This document shows, one piece after another, positions 63,250-64,000 of a DNA stretch of 64,000 nucleotides. The translations under genes were made by a program, and so were the position numbers. Position 1 is the first letter of the stretch. Each line of letters begins with the position of its first letter. The stretch lies in contig JBPOFY010000003.1 in NCBI GenBank assembly GCA_051252375.1, forward strand, positions 160,001 through 224,000, read 5' to 3'. Source of the DNA: Opitutaceae bacterium (GTDB lineage: Bacteria > Verrucomicrobiota > Verrucomicrobiia > Opitutales > Coraliomargaritaceae). The notes below the pieces were generated by a model. That model was not told the origin of the DNA. It ran no database searches and saw only the letters and a program-made list of their open reading frames with translations.

Positions 63250-64000
63250 ATGAAAAAACAGTCGTTATTTAAACTCTCCCTATTCTGCCTATTTTCTCTG
63301 TCCGGACAGTTCGCGAGTGCGGAACAACTGCCCAATGTGGTGCTCATCTTTGCCGACGACCTAGGTTACGGCGACCTCAGTTGTTACGGTGCGACGAAGG
63401 TGCAGACGCCAAATATCGACAAGCTGGCAGCAGAAGGGCGCCGCTTTACCGATGCGCATTCCGCTTCAGCCGTTTGCACCCCGTCACGTTATGGAATGTT
63501 GACGGGGGAGTATCCTTTCCGTGCCAACGGAGGGAAGGGGCTCTGGGGTCCATGTAGTCATTTTCAATCGCTGCTAATCGACACCAACAAGCTAACACTT
63601 GGGAAGCTATTTAAAGACAAAGGCTATGCGACCGCAGTGGTCGGGAAGTGGCACCTCGGCTTCGGCACGGGTAAAACCAATTGGAATAAGCCTCTACGTC
63701 CAGGGCCGCTGGAGCTTGGCTTCGATTATTACTTCGGCATCCCCAAGGTGAATAGCGGATTCCCTTATGTGTATGTTGAGAACGACCGTATCGTGGGCTA
63801 CGATCCGAATGATCCGATCACTTTTAAACCGCCGTTCTCCAAGACAACGACCTATCCCGAGGAAGCGGGTAAGAAAACCCCGAATAAGGTAGGAGGTGCC
63901 AAGAAAGCCCACGCCATTTATGACGATGAGAAAACAGGCACTTTGCTGGTCAAAAAGGCGGTCACATGGATCGAAGCCAATAAGGAAGATCCTTTCTTTC
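63250..64000 (+). CDS. Sulfatase (family S1), runs off the window end
   Basis: Hand translation MKKQSLFKLSLFCLFSLSGQFASAEQLPNVVLIFADDLGYGDLSCYG...CTPSRYGMLTGEY...GKWHLG; not in the ORF track. Confidence 0.93.
   Translation, partial: MKKQSLFKLSLFCLFSLSGQFASAEQLPNVVLIFADDLGYGDLSCYGATKVQTPNIDKLAAEGRRFTDAHSASAVCTPSRYGMLTGEYPFRANGGKGLWGPCSHFQSLLIDTNKLTLGKLFKDKGYATAVVGKWHLGFGTGKTNWNKPLRPGPLELGFDYYFGIPKVNSGFPYVYVENDRIVGYDPNDPITFKPPFSKTTTYPEEAGKKTPNKVGGAKKAHAIYDDEKTGTLLVKKAVTWIEANKEDPFF

Overview
A 64-kb chromosomal window from a Verrucomicrobiota bacterium, most likely a marine Opitutales such as Coraliomargarita or Lentimonas. This placement is inferred from the PVC signature protein, the Verrucomicrobia-type repeat proteins and the sulfatase array; no database search was run. 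Most of the window is housekeeping: ptsH, mgtE, two crcB, psd, a three-gene pnt operon, fbaA, rpoN, erpA, polA, dgkA, trmL, rpsA, tsaE, thiL, xth, lptB, hprK, dnaA and hrpB. Accessory blocks: (i) a type II secretion cluster gspG-H-I-J-K-L-M-D-C without gspE/F/O; (ii) a MoxR/DUF58/transglutaminase operon; (iii) two tandem paralogous three-gene prepilin cassettes (PilV-like, PilW-like, and PilX-like with a large Gly/Asn-rich head), each with its own apparently leaderless promoter, which is my best candidate for an under-described system; (iv) a SHD1-GH168-like glycoside hydrolase followed by at least five formylglycine sulfatases. Intergenic regions carry GTAG- and GGAG-type REP/REPIN elements with compensatory base changes, and degenerate 6- and 7-mer tandem arrays. 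One decayed REPIN appears to be translated inside the GspK leader peptide. Three genes missing from the ORF track were read by hand: a partial outer-membrane efflux lipoprotein, the 52-aa PVC signature protein and a partial fifth sulfatase. I found no rRNA, tRNA, CRISPR array, transposase or integrase.
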